Of a DNA stretch of 64,000 nt, positions 61,592 to 64,000 are shown in pieces. The DNA comes from Amoebidium appalachense (taxonomy: Eukaryota; Protista; Ichthyosporea), in the NCBI GenBank assembly GCA_963693365.1, contig CAVNZM010000006.1, positions 7,109,264 to 7,173,263 of the forward strand, in the 5' to 3' direction. The notes beneath the pieces were generated by a model. The model ran no database searches. It was not told the origin of the DNA and was given only the letters and a program-made list of their open reading frames with translations. The translations under genes and the position numbers were made by a program. Position 1 is the first letter of the stretch. Each line of letters opens with the position of its first letter.

Positions 61592-63090
61592 ATGGGTCTC
61601 ATCACGCAACTTTATGCGTCCGTGCTGGACACAATAGCGCGCCGCCCAGCCGTGGCACTGTGTGTCGTTGCTGCACTGTCCATGTCTCAGCTGCTGTTGG
61701 TGTGTGCGCGAAACGATCCGCCCCCCTCCCCCCAACCACTTCTGCCCCCTCCCCCCCTCCCCCCAACTTCCCCCTCGACACACACACACGCACACACAAA
61801 CGTCCTCGCCACACACACATCACCCACGTAATAATCACTTACCAAAACCTACCCACCAGTAGCCACCAGTACTGAAACTCACATGCACACCGTTGAACAA
61901 CACGGCCATCATCCAGTGATGCTTACGGCTGCACTTAGTACACTACAGAATAATTTTCTGCAGATTCAATCAAAATACAAGCATAATTAGCTAAAGCAAG
62001 ATCTTCCCCACGCACAGATCACAGCAAAGAGCGGTACAGGTTCTCCCTCCAGATCAGCTCAGCGCAGAATCAAAGAGTCAGCGGACGATGAGGATGAGGA
62101 AGAAAACGAGGCTGGGCCTGTGGGGGGCAAGAGGAGCAAACAGCCTGACTTCGAGGAGGGGGAACACGTACCCTACGTGCAGAAGTATGCCTTTGACGAG
62201 GACAACATGTTGCGTCGCTCGGAAGAGTTCTACGATATGATGAACGGTAAGTACTTTTTGTGACACAGAGGAATATTGTTTATGGGAATTGCATATGCTG
62301 TCCACTGGCAAGGTTACCAAACCCATGCTCCTCTCCGGATCTTATATGCTTTCACTACCCTATTCCCATAAAGTTCGCTTCTTTTGCGCGTTGGCAACCA
62401 CAAGTTCTTTTGCTACTGCTGCCTGCTTGTCCACACTCTAAATTTCTACTTCCTTCTGCTAGTACCTGCTATGCACACTAAACAAACCGACAGCTAAGTC
62501 GGACTCTTTTTGAGGTACGAGAATTGCACGACAACGTGGTGCTACAACATGCCTTAAAGTCCCTTGCTGGCCATTTCTAGACTTAATTTGCTCTTGTTTA
62601 CAGCCCGTCGGTCGTGCCGGTTCTTCAGCACTAAGGACGTGCCCAGCGGTGTGATTGAGAACATCATACGGACAGGGGTGAGTGCCATGGCTAGTAGTGG
62701 CATCACGAGAAAGAGCCCGACGTGCCCATAACCTGTTGGTAGTGATCTTCAAGCTCATTTTGGACAATTAGAAGCACAGGACATTCTAGATCTGTTTGGA
62801 AGACAGCAAAACACACCCAATCGCCACATTTGCAAAGACTCGTATGAGGGGAACAATGCACACACAGAACCAAATAGAACACCGGCTACATAGTTACGCC
62901 TCAACCCACCACTCTGCACAACCCACACAGCCCACAGACCCACCTGCTTGTACCTGTGTGCGCTAGTTTCGTGCCCTCTGTCTCTCTGTCTGCCTCTGTC
63001 GCTAATACATTGTCGCCACGCTACCCCCCACTCACTGTATCTTCCCATATCTTCTCACAGGGTACGGCACCATCAGGGGCCCACACAGAG
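61592..63090 (+). CDS. IYD: Iodotyrosine deiodinase (nitroreductase fold) with N-terminal membrane anchor; 3' part lies beyond the window or was not found
   Basis: Phase-consistent exons 61592-61699, 62018-62246, 62604-62677 and 63061-63090 give a hydrophobic PAVALCVVAALSMSQLLLI segment, then EHVPY...[52 protein letters not shown], the IYD signature. Confidence 0.9.
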
Positions 63091-63897
63091 GTACGTAAAA
63101 TGCTGGTGCCGGTGTAGCTACAATATTGCCTCCCCCCCCCCCCCCCCCCCTCCCCCCCCCCCCGGTTTTCCCAAGCCCCCTCTCATCGCCGGGTTTCTTT
63201 GGTTGGGCATGCTTGCGTATGGTTGTGGTATGTGTTGTTGGGTGACTGCACTTTGTACAACTCTGCCACGGACTCTTGCCAAGACGAGTGGGCCCATCTA
63301 CTGTGGTTAAGAGAGGAGACTGGGTTGGCTACCTTACGCATATTTTTTATGTCTTGAAACGTTTTTTTAGTAGATCTCTAGGAACAAACCAGATGACGGA
63401 CCCTATTCAGTGCATCCTGCCTCCACACTTGTTAGGTTCCTAACTTGTAGCAGCCCATTGATACATACTACAAACTAGGATCTGCTAACTCTGGCACCGT
63501 CGGCTGTGGTTACAACAGGAGGCTGGGCCCCCGGGGTGGGGTGATGGCACAGTGACTGGGGGTGGTGGGCAGGAGGGGGGAGGGGGGGAGGAGGGGTAGG
63601 TATGTATAGCTAAGTATACAGCTACTGAGATCGAGGACGAAGCGCAAGAGAGGGGGGGGGGGGGGGCGGGGAAGGAGAGGGGGGGGGAAGGGACGAAAGT
63701 AGTTGTGGGGGTTGGACGGTTGCTGGATGGTGTGTAGGATGAGTGAGTGTCATCTGTGTGGCTGTGGGTGAATTGCTGCAGAGTTCAGTCTATTGTGAAG
63801 GCACATACAAACTATGTAATGTTACCCCGAACTTGCCCCCTTGTCACAATTTACCAGTTATAACCTCCCCCCCCCCCAACCCCCCTCTCCTTCCCTC

Positions 63898-63928
<31 letters not shown>

Positions 63929-64000
63929 AAGAAGAAAAAAAAAACACGACCACCACCACCACCACCATCACTACCATTACCCCCCCCTCCTCCCCCTCCT

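Overview
Eukaryotic, intron-rich genomic DNA. Almost all ORFs in the supplied track are artefacts of CA/GT, CT/GA and poly-C/G microsatellites inside introns. Manual splicing with GT-AG sites and CTRAC-like branch points gives ten protein-coding genes: the 3' part of SSRP1 (+), UBE2G1/Ubc7 (-), NTHL1 (+), GCLM (-), a PKA catalytic subunit with a long N-terminal extension (+), a KIAA0513/SBF2-like protein with a C-terminal PDZ domain (+), a YHM2-like mitochondrial carrier (+), a sirtuin fused to a TAZ zinc finger (-), Pasha/DGCR8 (-) and the 5' part of iodotyrosine deiodinase (+). Pasha together with a YHM2-type carrier suggests a unicellular holozoan, probably an ichthyosporean (inference). 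Most notable: the TAZ-sirtuin fusion, a U12-type AT-AC intron in GCLM, a minisatellite made of copies of a 3' splice site, a Pasha that appears to lack the heme-binding Trp/Cys, a ~476-bp TTAA-flanked foldback element and a structured dispersed repeat family. All family assignments come from recalled motifs; no database search was run.
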